Of a DNA stretch of 64,000 nucleotides, positions 29,752-39,471 are shown piece by piece. The stretch lies in the NCBI GenBank assembly GCA_964590195.1, contig CAZPWJ010000016.1, positions 1,477 through 65,476 of the forward strand. Reading direction: 5' to 3'. Both the position numbers and the translations under genes were made by a program. A model generated the notes under the pieces. It saw only the letters and a list, made by a program, of their open reading frames with translations, did not search any database and had not been told where the DNA came from. Positions within the stretch are counted from its first letter, which is position 1; every line of letters begins with the position of its first letter. The stretch is from an uncultured Rhodospirillaceae bacterium (GTDB taxonomy: Bacteria > Pseudomonadota > Alphaproteobacteria > GCA-2731375).

Positions 29752-31074
29752 TTATAGCTTGATTTGCGTCCAGCCACGGCGCTGCCACAGGACCACGAAT
29801 ATCACCGCCTGCAGGATGCGATAGGCCGACTGTGTCGCCCAGACCGCGAACAGGCCAAGGCCAAGGTAAGGTCCGGCCAGCCAGGCCAGCGGCAGGCCCA
29901 ACAGCCATTGCGTGCCCACCGCCACCGCCATCACCTGCCGCACGGCGCCGGCGCCAAGCAGTGCATGCAGCAAGACCAGACCAACGCCATCGATGGCGAT
30001 CGCCGTGCCCATCAGCCGCATGGAGCTCCGCGCCACGTCAATCACCTGCTGGTCCCGGGTAAAGCCCATGACGATCAGATCAGGTATCAGCAGCGCCGGC
30101 AGACCCAGCAGCGCCAGGATCAAAGCGGTCACCTTGACCACATCCCAAGCCCAGCGCGAGGCCTCGTCCGGGTCATCGCGGCCCAGAGCTTCACCGACCA
30201 GGGTCAAGGCGGCCAGGCCGAGGCCGACCGCCGGCAATATGGCGACAAGAACCAGATTGATCAGGATATTGATGGCGGCGACCTCCACCGTGCCCATCAG
30301 GCCAACGATCCAGAATATCGCGGTGAAGCCGGCGGCGAAGAGAAATTCCTGGATCGCCGAAGGTACGGACAAGCGAAGCATGGTCGCCATGGTTTCGCGG
30401 CGCGGTATCCGGCTGAGGAAACCGTTTTGCCGCGCTTCCTTCCAGCCCAGGGCGAAATAAACCGCCGTACCCAGGAACAATGAAATGGTGGTGCCCAGGC
30501 CCGAACCCTCGGTGCCCAGTTCGGGAAAACCAAATTTGCCGAAAATCAGAACATAGCTGATTACGACATTCGCCACTTGAATGACCAGAAGGGTATGCAG
30601 ATAACGTCGGCTTTGCGAGACACCTGTCCAGTAGCCACGGAACGCAAAATTCATGCCGACAGCGACAACGCCCAACAGACGGGCGTCAAAATAGGGCAAT
30701 CCCGCATCAATAACGCCCTGGTCGCTATTGATGATCGGCAACAGCGTGGATGAATAAGTCAGCAAGACAACGGTTATGGGCAGGCCGATTACCAGGGCCA
30801 GGAGCAAGCCGCCGGTCAAGGGCACGGCGGCTTCATTGGCACGGCCCTCACCAACGCGTCTGGCCGCCATGGCCTGCACACCGGACGACAGGCCCATGAC
30901 CAGGGCCGTCGCCATGAAAGCGGCGAAGCTGGCAGTGCCAACGCCGGCCAAGGCATCCTTGCCCAGAACACCGACCATGGCGGTATCGACAAGGTTCAGA
31001 ACAACCTGAGAGACCATGCCGCCGACAATGGGCAAGGCCAGATGGCCAATCCGTTCTAGACGCTGGCGCTGCAT
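29752..31074 (-). CDS. MATE family efflux transporter
   Basis: MQRQRLERIGHLALPIVGGMVSQVVLNLVDTAMVG MATE N-terminus. Twelve transmembrane helices. The start is taken at the internal ATG (31074), not the extended ORF. Confidence 0.8.
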   Translation of the reverse strand: MQRQRLERIGHLALPIVGGMVSQVVLNLVDTAMVGVLGKDALAGVGTASFAAFMATALVMGLSSGVQAMAARRVGEGRANEAAVPLTGGLLLALVIGLPITVVLLTYSSTLLPIINSDQGVIDAGLPYFDARLLGVVAVGMNFAFRGYWTGVSQSRRYLHTLLVIQVANVVISYVLIFGKFGFPELGTEGSGLGTTISLFLGTAVYFALGWKEARQNGFLSRIPRRETMATMLRLSVPSAIQEFLFAAGFTAIFWIVGLMGTVEVAAINILINLVLVAILPAVGLGLAALTLVGEALGRDDPDEASRWAWDVVKVTALILALLGLPALLIPDLIVMGFTRDQQVIDVARSSMRLMGTAIAIDGVGLVLLHALLGAGAVRQVMAVAVGTQWLLGLPLAWLAGPYLGLGLFAVWATQSAYRILQAVIFVVLWQRRGWTQIKL

Positions 31075-31102
31075 GGCTTTGTTAATTCGAGGCGCACGCC
31101 GC

Positions 31103-32476
31103 TTATAGCCGGGGCAGACTTTCCTCCGCCGCCAGCATGGCGACCGCCGCTTCGAATGCCGCCACGGTCTGATCCATGTCGTCGGCGCCATGGGTGGCCG
31201 AGATAACACCCGCACCGGCACCGTTGATATCGACACCGCCAATCAGCAATGCCAGGCGCAGCTTGTTCATCAAGCCCGGTGGTTTGGTCTTCAGGTCCTG
31301 ATAGGGCACCGACAGGGGGTCGAAATTGTTGGGATCGATAGCCAGTCCGGTGGCATTCATGAAGACAAAGAAATTCGCCTGCTGGCCATAGACGGCCCAG
31401 GCAACGCCGGCACGTTTGAAGCTTTCATTCAGCTTCACCCGCAACTCCCGTCCGAAGGCATCGGCCCTTGCACAGGCATCGCTGTTGGCGATGATTTCCA
31501 GGGTCTTGGTACCCGCCGCCGCCGAAAGAGGGTTGCCATTGAAGGTGCCGGGATGGTGGATTTTTTCAAAATCCTTGTCCGCCGCAGCCTTGAAATCCAG
31601 GTGCGCCAGAATATCGGCCCGGCCAACCACCGCACCGCCAGGCAGGCCGCCGGCCAGGATCTTGGCCAGGGTCGTCAAATCGGGCTTCACATCCAGCAAA
31701 CCCTGAGCCCCGCCCGGATGCACACGGAAACCGGTCACCACCTCGTCCATGATCAACAGCACGCCATGCTGTTCCGTCAATTCGCGCAATTGCGCAACGA
31801 AGCCGGGCGCCAGCGGGATCATGCCGCCGCTGCCCCCCGTGGGCTCCAATATCAGGGCGGCGATGTCGCTGTCCGCCTCCAGGGTCTGAGCGACAGCATC
31901 GATATCATCGGGATCAAGAAGGACCACCTGGGCCGCCACTTCCGGCAACACGCCGGGCGTCGCGGTGCCGTCGAAATGCCCGGCCACGCCAAAGGCCATG
32001 TGATCATGCCAGCCATGAAAATGGGTGCGAAAACGCGCCAGTTTATTTTTGCCCGTGAAGGCGCGGGCCAGACGCATGGCCATCAAGGTCGCTTCGGTGC
32101 CGGACGAGGTGAAGCGGATCCGCTCGGCCGAGGGCACCAGGTTTTTCACCGCCTCGGCCCAGGCCACCTCGAAACGATGGGATGATCCAAAATGGGTGCC
32201 CGCCGCCAAGGCCTCCTGCACGCAAGCCTCGACCTCATCATTGCGATGGCCCAGCATCAGGGCCCCATGGCCGCCGAAATAATCCACATAATCATTGCCA
32301 TCCGCATCCCATTTGCGCGGGCCCTTGGCCGTCTCGATATAAATGCCGTAGGGCGTGGTATGGCGGGAATCATGGGTGATGGCAGAGGGAAACTGTTCCA
32401 GGGCGCGGGCCGCCAGGGCCTGACTGGAAGGTGTCCGGTCCACATAACGATTGACGATCGGGGAATTGCTTAACAT
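31103..32476 (-). CDS. class III pyridoxal-phosphate-dependent aminotransferase (glutamate-1-semialdehyde aminomutase-like)
   Basis: The AT-III fold is recognisable (TSSGTEATLMAMRLARAFTG ... DEVVTGFR). ATG at 32476. The track start is a GTG at 32488. Confidence 0.85.
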   Translation of the reverse strand: MLSNSPIVNRYVDRTPSSQALAARALEQFPSAITHDSRHTTPYGIYIETAKGPRKWDADGNDYVDYFGGHGALMLGHRNDEVEACVQEALAAGTHFGSSHRFEVAWAEAVKNLVPSAERIRFTSSGTEATLMAMRLARAFTGKNKLARFRTHFHGWHDHMAFGVAGHFDGTATPGVLPEVAAQVVLLDPDDIDAVAQTLEADSDIAALILEPTGGSGGMIPLAPGFVAQLRELTEQHGVLLIMDEVVTGFRVHPGGAQGLLDVKPDLTTLAKILAGGLPGGAVVGRADILAHLDFKAAADKDFEKIHHPGTFNGNPLSAAAGTKTLEIIANSDACARADAFGRELRVKLNESFKRAGVAWAVYGQQANFFVFMNATGLAIDPNNFDPLSVPYQDLKTKPPGLMNKLRLALLIGGVDINGAGAGVISATHGADDMDQTVAAFEAAVAMLAAEESLPRL

Positions 32477-32580
32477 CTCACCACTCACCTAAGCTTGTTC
32501 GATCCAGAGTTGCTGTTATAGCAAAGCTGGGTCTTGATGGATATCAAGACTGATGTGCCATCCCGTGCTAGAGTGGCGGC

Positions 32581-32763
32581 ATGGAAATCATCTTATTCAC
32601 CATCGCCGCGATCATACTCTACATCGTGGCCGACCGTGCCCTGAATTATGTCGAGATGCGGCGCGGCGCGCGGTTTGAACACCGAAGCTTCATTTTCTTC
32701 ACCATCCTGGTGACTTTGGCTGTGTTGAGCTTCGGCCTGATCCAAAAAATCGCCGGCGTCTGA
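32581..32763 (+). CDS. possible small two-helix membrane protein
   Basis: 60-aa ORF with two hydrophobic helices, in a lower-GC islet. The ribosome-binding site is weak. Confidence 0.3.
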   Translation: MEIILFTIAAIILYIVADRALNYVEMRRGARFEHRSFIFFTILVTLAVLSFGLIQKIAGV

Positions 32764-32908
32764 TACTCAAGTACTCCGGAAGAATTATATCCATTCAAAG
32801 GTTGCAAATACCAACAAACGCGGTCTATTTATAATACAAATATAATATCAATTATATCAATATTATTACAATTCGCCATTGTTCAAGAGCGTGAGGGCCG
32901 TTGATTGA
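32764..32908 (+). promoter_or_regulatory. AT-rich (~75% AT) intergenic control region with direct repeats, upstream of the ODP-like/histidine-kinase pair
   Basis: The direct repeat ATATCAAT (32845-32852) and ATATCAAT (32854-32861) has 9-bp periodicity. A possible sigma70-like TTGCAA (32802-32807) -N18- TATTTA lies upstream. The composition contrasts strongly with a >60% GC genome. Confidence 0.4.
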
Positions 32909-33688
32909 ATGACAACCGAAAATAGCCAAGGAAACAACGGCAAAAATCCGGGAATCAACTACGACGAATCTTTAGCTGTCACCCGTGAAATCTATTGGGT
33001 CGGCTTTATGGAGGCCGGCGGTCGCCTGCGCTGCAATCCGTATCTTCTGATTGATGGCAGGGGAGACGACGTCATTCTATTCGATCCGGGCTCGATCCCG
33101 GATTTCCCAAAAATCATGCGTAGAGTAATTGACCTGGTTCCACCGCAAAACATTACCGGCATCGTCGTATCGCATCAGGATCCGGATGTCTGTGGCAACC
33201 TCGCGGTGATTGAGGATATTGTGGAAAATCCCAATCTCAAGATCTACGCCCATCTCAACACCATTCGTCTGATTGCCCATCTAGGGCTGTCGGGATCACT
33301 TCAGGATGTCGCCGAGATCGATTATCGGCTGACACTGTCGAGCGGCAGAGTTCTTGAGTTTGTTCCAATGCTCTATCTGCATTCCCCTGGCGCCATCGCG
33401 ACCTATGACCACCAGTCCAAATCACTGTTCAGCGGTGACGTCTTCGGCGCCATCGGCAGTGACAACGACCTATTCTCCAAGACGAATTTCCCACAGAACA
33501 TGGATAGCTTCCACCAGGCCTATATGCCGTCGAATAAGGTTCTGCGGCCCGCCATGGCAAGGCTTTCCGGTATGCAGATTGACCGCATTTTACCCCAGCA
33601 CGGTGCCGTGCTGGAGGGCGACGATGTCGCCATCGCGATCGAGCATTTGCGGACCCTGCCTTGCGGCGTCGATCTCGCGGAGGATTAG
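32909..33688 (+). CDS. stand-alone metallo-beta-lactamase-fold di-iron (flavodiiron/ODP-like) domain protein
   Basis: NPYLLIDGRGDDVILFDPG then VVSHQDPDVCGNL (a variant of the flavodiiron H-x-E-x-D-H site). Later His/Asp residues (YAHLNT, YLHSPGA, FSGDVFG, LPQHGAV) lie at flavodiiron-like spacings. There is no flavodoxin domain. Confidence 0.55.
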   Translation: MTTENSQGNNGKNPGINYDESLAVTREIYWVGFMEAGGRLRCNPYLLIDGRGDDVILFDPGSIPDFPKIMRRVIDLVPPQNITGIVVSHQDPDVCGNLAVIEDIVENPNLKIYAHLNTIRLIAHLGLSGSLQDVAEIDYRLTLSSGRVLEFVPMLYLHSPGAIATYDHQSKSLFSGDVFGAIGSDNDLFSKTNFPQNMDSFHQAYMPSNKVLRPAMARLSGMQIDRILPQHGAVLEGDDVAIAIEHLRTLPCGVDLAED

Positions 33689-33691
33689 AGT

Positions 33692-34742
33692 CATGTGCGC
33701 CCTGCGCCGGACTGGCATCGACCAAGTCACACATGTGGTGAACACCAACCGCCAGATGTTGGAAAAAGCCCTGCTGATGCGTGGGCAAAGCTATCTGGCT
33801 GATGTTAAGGCGCAACTTTTGACCGGCGTGATCCAGGAAATGGATAGCAGCCGCAAGCGCCTGCTGACCGCGCATCAACGGCTGAAGGAAAGCATGCATA
33901 CTGTGTCCCTGCAAAAGGACCTGTTGGCATTGGAGGTCGAACAGAGGGTGAAATCAGAGGAAACGGCCCATGGCGCGCGCCTGCAAGCAGAGGCCGCGAA
34001 TCGCGCCAGGGCGCAGTTTCTTGCTAATATTTCGCACGACGTCCTGACGCCTTTGAATGCCATCAATGCGTACGCGGAGATGATCGACGACGAGATCCTG
34101 GGCCCGGTGGCACCGGCGGAATACAAAAATTATGCCGGCGACATTCGCCGCGCCAGCGCGCACTTGCATGATCTGGTCCGGTCGCTGCTGGAAACGGCGC
34201 GGGTCGAAGCCGGACAGTTGCGCATCACGGCCAGTGAAATCGATCTTGTGGAACTGCTGCACGACACGCTGGCGATGCTCGACCATCAGGCAAAACAGAA
34301 AGACATAACCCTGACAAATGGCGGCACACTGGACACCTTGCCGATACACGCGGATGCTGTCTTATTGCGTCGTCTGATGCTTAATCTAACAACCAATGCC
34401 TTGAAATTCACAGAAGCCGGCGGTCGGGTCAGCGTTTCAGCGGAAGCGGGTATCGAGGGTGGCTCCATCCTGCGCATTAGCGATAACGGACCGGGCATCG
34501 CGGCCCAGGATATTGAAACCGCCTTAACCCCATACGAACGGATCAACGGCACATCCGGCACCCCCGATGATCCCGGCAAAGCCACGACATCCAGCGATGC
34601 AGGACTGGGCCTCGGCCTGCCCATGGCCAAGGCCATCGCGGAAGCGCATGGCGGCACCCTCGGTATCAAAAGCGTGGTTGGAGACGGCACCACCGTAACC
34701 GTGACGCTGCCCAAAACACGCCCTGGTCAGGATATGGGCTGA
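33692..34742 (+). CDS. cytoplasmic histidine kinase (coiled-coil N-terminus, HisKA + HATPase_c; no transmembrane or sensor domain)
   Basis: GGAGGATTAGAGTC ATG ribosome-binding site, 3 nt after the ODP-like stop. The H-box is FLANISHDVLTPLNAI. N, G1 and G2 boxes are present (NLTTNALKFT, DNGPGI, GLGLGL). Confidence 0.8.
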
Positions 34743-34754
34743 AACCAGCCGGCG

Positions 34755-37700
34755 CTATTCCCCGCCAACAGGCAAATACAAACGAAAAGTCGTGCCAACG
34801 CCCGCTTCTGAATCGACCGTGACATGGCCGTCCGACTGTTTGATAAGGCCGTAGACCATGCTCAAAACAAGACCCGTGCCCTTGCCCACCTCCTTGGTCG
34901 TAAAAAAAGGATCAAAGATACGCGGCAAGTCTTCCCCGGGAATGCCGTCGCCATGATCGGTTACCGCAATCATCACGAAAGCGCCGGGCTTTATCTCCAT
35001 TCCCGAAGCCACCAAATCATCGGGGAGTTTCGCGTTGCGGGTTTCTATAATTAGGCGTCCCCCTTGCGGCATGGCATCGCGGGCGTTGATCGCCAGGTTC
35101 AAAATTGCCTGTTCAAGCTGCCCCGCGTCGGCGATACAGGTTTCGAGTTCCTCCGCCATGACCAGTTCAATGTCGATTTCCACCGTCAGACTACGGTGCA
35201 AAAGGGGCTGCATTTGATCTAGTAGAGCGTTGACATCCACAACACCGGCGGACAGCGGCTGTTGGCGGGCAAAGGCAAGCATGCGGCTGGTCAATTCAGC
35301 GGCCCGGTCTACCGCCCGCAATACCGGCGCCGTCAGGCTCAATAATTCATTGTCGGGGCCCAGCTCGTCATCCAGAATCGCAAGGTTACCCATCATCACG
35401 GCGAGAAGATTATTGAAATCATGCGCGATACCGCCAGTCAGTTGGCCAATCGCCTCCATTTTTTGCGCCTGACGCAGCTGTTCCTCGCTTCGCTTCAAAT
35501 CCGTCACGTCATGCAGCATCTGAACGCTATCGCCGTTGGGCAGTCTGCTGTCAGTGATCCGTAGGTCGTATTCGCCCGCACGAAAACCGAAGGACTCGCT
35601 ATCCTCGTGGCGCCGGGCCAAACGGCCTGCGAGCCAACCTTCGGGATCGTCCGCCGCATCCGGTATAAATCCGTGCGCGATGGCGTCGCGCATCATCTCC
35701 TCGAAGGTATTACCCGGTACCAGATATTCATCACGGAACGCCGTCAGACGCCGGTATTGCGCGTTGCAAATGACAAACCGGTCTTCGGCATCGAACACCG
35801 CCACGCCCTCGGAAAGCCTCTCAATGGCTTCGAGGAATCTCTCATTGGCCTGCTCGGCATCTCGCAGCGCCGTTATGTCCTGGCCGGTGCCGAAGTAGCC
35901 CTTGAAAACTCCATCGTCATCGAAGACAGGCACACCGCTGGAAAGCAGCCAAAATTTGCCTTTTGCCGTGACCCGCTGATGCAGCACGTCGCGAAAGGGT
36001 TCGCGCCGCTCCAGCGCCTCCAGACGCGCCCGCCATTCCGGCGTATCCATGCCTGACAATTCAATCTCGGACAAACTCTTGCCGTAGTGCCACTCCGCCG
36101 GCACGCCGGTGAACCTCTCGAACGACGCCGAAATCCAGGTATAGCGGAGATTTTCATCCATCTCCCAAAACCAGTCCGAGGTATTATCGGCGAAGTCCCG
36201 AAACCGCCGTTCACTGGTGCGCAGCGCTTCTTCCTGCTGCTTCAATTCGCTGATGTCGGTCCCCGTGATGCGATAGCCAAGGAACTTTCCAGCCGGATCA
36301 AATTTTGGTTCGCCGCTCATCCGAAACCAAATCGCCCGGTCGACGTTCGAGCGCCGTTCGATACTCCTGAACGGCTGGTGGGCCAGCATGGCCGCATAAT
36401 CGTCGCCCAGCGCCTCGGGGTCGAAGTCCGCACCAAGGATTTCCGCCCGGTTCCGGCCGATGAACTCCCTCGATTCCATGCCGATGAGCGATATGGAATC
36501 AGACATAAATGTATAACGAAGGTCGGCATCCGTCTCGGCGAACCAATCCGCCGAGACGCTGGCGAAGTCGCGAAAGCGCCGCTCGCTCTCACGCAACGCT
36601 GCTTCGTGCTGCTTCAGTTCAGTGATGTCGGCACTGGTAATCCGGTAGCCAAGGAATTCAGCCTTATCGTCAAAAAAAGGTTCGCCGTTGAGCCGTATCC
36701 ATTTATCACCATTGACCTTCGATCGTCGTTCCACATTGCGATAGGGCTGATGATTGCGGATGGCGACCATATCGGGCTGCCGCCAGACGGCATCATAATC
36801 ATCACCATGAATTTCCTGGCGTGTTTTCCCGATGAATTCCTTCGCCTCGTGGCCAATCATGGAAACGGATTCCGACATGTAGGTAAAACGATGTTCGGCA
36901 TCCGACTCGGCGAACCAATCCGCCGACATGGATGCGAAATCCCGAAAGCGCTCTTCGCTGAGGCGTAGCGCTTCCTCCTTTTGTTTCAGCTCGGTGATAT
37001 CGGTGCCGGAAATACGATAGCCAAGAAAAATCCCATCCACATCAAAACGGGGGTCGCCGCTGAGCCGAAGCCATTTGCCATCGGCGAGGCTTGATTGCCG
37101 TTCAATATTCCGGAAAGGTCGGCGTTCCTGTATCGCAGTAAGCTCTTCATTAGGAGCGTTCGGATCACTAGCTGCGGCCAGAATGCTGTAACGGTTTTTG
37201 CCGATATAGTCCGCTGGCGTCAGGCCAAGCATGGAAATTGAATCGGACATAAACGTAAAACGATGATCGGGATCCGTTTCGGCGAACCAATCAGCGGCAA
37301 TCTTCGCGAAATCCTGGAAGCGCTGCTCTGTTTGGCGCAGCACATTCTCCGTTGATTTGGAATCGGCGACTTCCGCCGCCAGCCGCTGGTTCATTTCCGC
37401 CAGATCGGCGGTTCGGGCCGCGACTTGCGTTTCCAGCTCATTGACATGGGATTGCAGCTTCTGTCCGGACTTCTCTCTCTCCGAGACATCGGCAACGATA
37501 CAACTTATGCCGATGACCCTGTCGTCGCCGTCATAAATGGGGGCATAGGTGTTCTGGAAATAAACGGCTGTTTCCTGCGCCCGCGGAGATTGGACCGAAC
37601 GGGTGGATGCAACCACGGTCTTGCCGGTATCAAGGGCTTGCCGTAAATGCGGCTCTATCCGCGACGCCAGTTCGGGCAGGATATCCGCGAGGGCTTGGTT

Positions 37701-37886
37701 CAAATGATCCGTGACCGTCAGGCCATTGCGCGCCGCCAGCGCCGGATTAATGTACCGATAGCGCAGCTCGGTATCGAGCACGCAAAAACCAATGGGGACG
37801 TGGGCAAATATCCGCGCCAACTCTTCCAGTGGCCGCTCCAACTCTGCCTTACTCAACTCCCCCCCCTTGCGTTCCACATTACCCAC
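34755..37886 (-). CDS. multi-PAS sensor histidine kinase (no receiver domain)
   Basis: Five or six PAS/PAC units, an H-box (AIGQLTGGIAHDFNNLLAVMMGNL) and a C-terminal HATPase_c. Likely GTG start. Confidence 0.85.
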   Translation of the reverse strand: MGNVERKGGELSKAELERPLEELARIFAHVPIGFCVLDTELRYRYINPALAARNGLTVTDHLNQALADILPELASRIEPHLRQALDTGKTVVASTRSVQSPRAQETAVYFQNTYAPIYDGDDRVIGISCIVADVSEREKSGQKLQSHVNELETQVAARTADLAEMNQRLAAEVADSKSTENVLRQTEQRFQDFAKIAADWFAETDPDHRFTFMSDSISMLGLTPADYIGKNRYSILAAASDPNAPNEELTAIQERRPFRNIERQSSLADGKWLRLSGDPRFDVDGIFLGYRISGTDITELKQKEEALRLSEERFRDFASMSADWFAESDAEHRFTYMSESVSMIGHEAKEFIGKTRQEIHGDDYDAVWRQPDMVAIRNHQPYRNVERRSKVNGDKWIRLNGEPFFDDKAEFLGYRITSADITELKQHEAALRESERRFRDFASVSADWFAETDADLRYTFMSDSISLIGMESREFIGRNRAEILGADFDPEALGDDYAAMLAHQPFRSIERRSNVDRAIWFRMSGEPKFDPAGKFLGYRITGTDISELKQQEEALRTSERRFRDFADNTSDWFWEMDENLRYTWISASFERFTGVPAEWHYGKSLSEIELSGMDTPEWRARLEALERREPFRDVLHQRVTAKGKFWLLSSGVPVFDDDGVFKGYFGTGQDITALRDAEQANERFLEAIERLSEGVAVFDAEDRFVICNAQYRRLTAFRDEYLVPGNTFEEMMRDAIAHGFIPDAADDPEGWLAGRLARRHEDSESFGFRAGEYDLRITDSRLPNGDSVQMLHDVTDLKRSEEQLRQAQKMEAIGQLTGGIAHDFNNLLAVMMGNLAILDDELGPDNELLSLTAPVLRAVDRAAELTSRMLAFARQQPLSAGVVDVNALLDQMQPLLHRSLTVEIDIELVMAEELETCIADAGQLEQAILNLAINARDAMPQGGRLIIETRNAKLPDDLVASGMEIKPGAFVMIAVTDHGDGIPGEDLPRIFDPFFTTKEVGKGTGLVLSMVYGLIKQSDGHVTVDSEAGVGTTFRLYLPVGGE
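35820..37335 (-). repeat. intragenic tandem repeats: four PAS-domain units of ~375 bp each inside the histidine kinase gene
   Basis: Each unit begins E(E/R)RF(Q/R)DFA...DWF(A/W)E and ends FLGYRI(S/T).(T/A)DI(T/S)ELKQ.E(E/A)ALR. The similarity is also visible at the nucleotide level (for example GAAGCGCT/CCG CTCGCT...CAGTTCAGTGATGTCGG recurring). Confidence 0.7.
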
Positions 37887-38118
37887 GCATCAGGAATACA
37901 ATCGCGAAACTTGCCGCCAAACAGGCGCGCCTTGCGTGTATTTTGGCGATCCTAGGTCATTTTGGAATGGCAAAAAAGAAACAAGATTATTACCGTGCAA
38001 CGGCCATATTCGCCCCATCCAACAAAGACTTGCCGTAAATGGTGCGTGCATCGTTGTGGCCCTGGCGCGGCTGACGTAAAGTGCGTTTTTTTTCACAGCC
38101 GCACGTGCGTACCAATAG

Positions 38119-38616
38119 ATGTCAATTCAAACGCCTTTCGACCAATTCCGCGCCACCGTCAAACCAGAATGGATTGACAATAACAAGCATCTCAACATGG
38201 GCTACTATATGGTGGTCTTTGATCTGGCGACCGATGAGTTCATGAAATTCATTCATCTGACCCGGGATCACCGCAAGCAGCATCAGGTCACCACATTTTC
38301 CCTGGAAGGCCATATCACCTATAACCGGGAGATCGGCGAGGGTGAACCCATGCGCTTCACAACTCAGTTACTGGCCTTTGACGAGAAGCGCTTTCACTAC
38401 ATCCATCATATGTATCACGGGACCGAAGGCTATCTGGCCTCGACCAACGAATTGATGAGCATCCATATCTCGTTGGAGACACGGCGCGCCACGCCCATGC
38501 AGCCGGAAATTCTGGAACGCCTGGGCGCGATCAAGGAGGCCCACGCCTCTTTGCCGCAAAATCCCTATATTGGACGGCAAATCGGCCTGCGCGCGAAAGC
38601 GACGACCAACACCTGA
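38119..38616 (+). CDS. hotdog-fold acyl-CoA thioesterase family protein
   Basis: 165 aa. A 4HBT-like pattern with a conserved N-terminal region (NNKHLNMGYYMVVFD). Confidence 0.7.
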   Translation: MSIQTPFDQFRATVKPEWIDNNKHLNMGYYMVVFDLATDEFMKFIHLTRDHRKQHQVTTFSLEGHITYNREIGEGEPMRFTTQLLAFDEKRFHYIHHMYHGTEGYLASTNELMSIHISLETRRATPMQPEILERLGAIKEAHASLPQNPYIGRQIGLRAKATTNT

Positions 38617-38660
38617 TTAGGGCGTCTGAAAGCCAAAAAATTACATCCACGGAGAACGGC

Positions 38661-39431
38661 ATGACAAATCCCATGAGCCTGGAAGGGCGTACTATTCTGG
38701 TTACCGGCGCGGGCCAGGGCATCGGCAAGGCAACGGCTGAACTGGCCGTTGAACTGGGTGCCAAGGTGGCCTTGGTCGACGTCAACGGCGACACCCTGGA
38801 TGCGGTCGCCGGCGCCTTGGGCGATAGCGCCAGGGCCTATGTGGGCAGCGTCGCCGAACCCGGCTTCGTCCAAGGCATGGTGGCGGAAGTGGTGCGTGAT
38901 TTCGGCGCCATCCATGGCCTGATGAACAATGCCGGCATCGTCCGCGCGGCGATGATCCACAAGATGCCCGTGGAAACCTGGCAGCAGGTCATTGATGTCA
39001 ATCTGACCGGCGTCTTCCTGTGCCTGCAGGAAGTTGGCCGCCATTACATGGAACGCGCCAAGGATGGCGACGAGGCCCCCGGCGCCATCGTCAATGTCTC
39101 CTCCATCGCCGGACGGCGGGGCACAATCGGGCAGATCAACTATGGCGCCGCCAAGGCCGGCGTGCTGGGCATCACCATGAGCGCGGCGCGGGAGTGGGGC
39201 CACCACGGAATCCGGGTCAACTCGGTTTGTTTTGGCCTGGTGGAAACCCAGATGACGGAAACCGTGCGGGGCGAGAAATTCCGAGACCAATACATGGCGA
39301 TGATCCCAATGGGCCGCTTTTCGGCCCCGGAGGAAGTCGCCAAGCCGGTTTGCTTCCTGCTGTCCGACGGCGCCAGTTATGTCACCGGCCAGCACCTGAA
39401 TATCGATGGCGGCGCCTGTATCGGCATGTAG
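38661..39431 (+). CDS. SDR family oxidoreductase (3-oxoacyl-ACP reductase-like)
   Basis: TGAGQGIGKA, NNAG, S-x12-YGAAKAG catalytic motif. Confidence 0.85.
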   Translation: MTNPMSLEGRTILVTGAGQGIGKATAELAVELGAKVALVDVNGDTLDAVAGALGDSARAYVGSVAEPGFVQGMVAEVVRDFGAIHGLMNNAGIVRAAMIHKMPVETWQQVIDVNLTGVFLCLQEVGRHYMERAKDGDEAPGAIVNVSSIAGRRGTIGQINYGAAKAGVLGITMSAAREWGHHGIRVNSVCFGLVETQMTETVRGEKFRDQYMAMIPMGRFSAPEEVAKPVCFLLSDGASYVTGQHLNIDGGACIGM

Positions 39432-39471
39432 CCGCCTAGAGCAGCAAATAATCAATATCGGAGAGTCCGCC

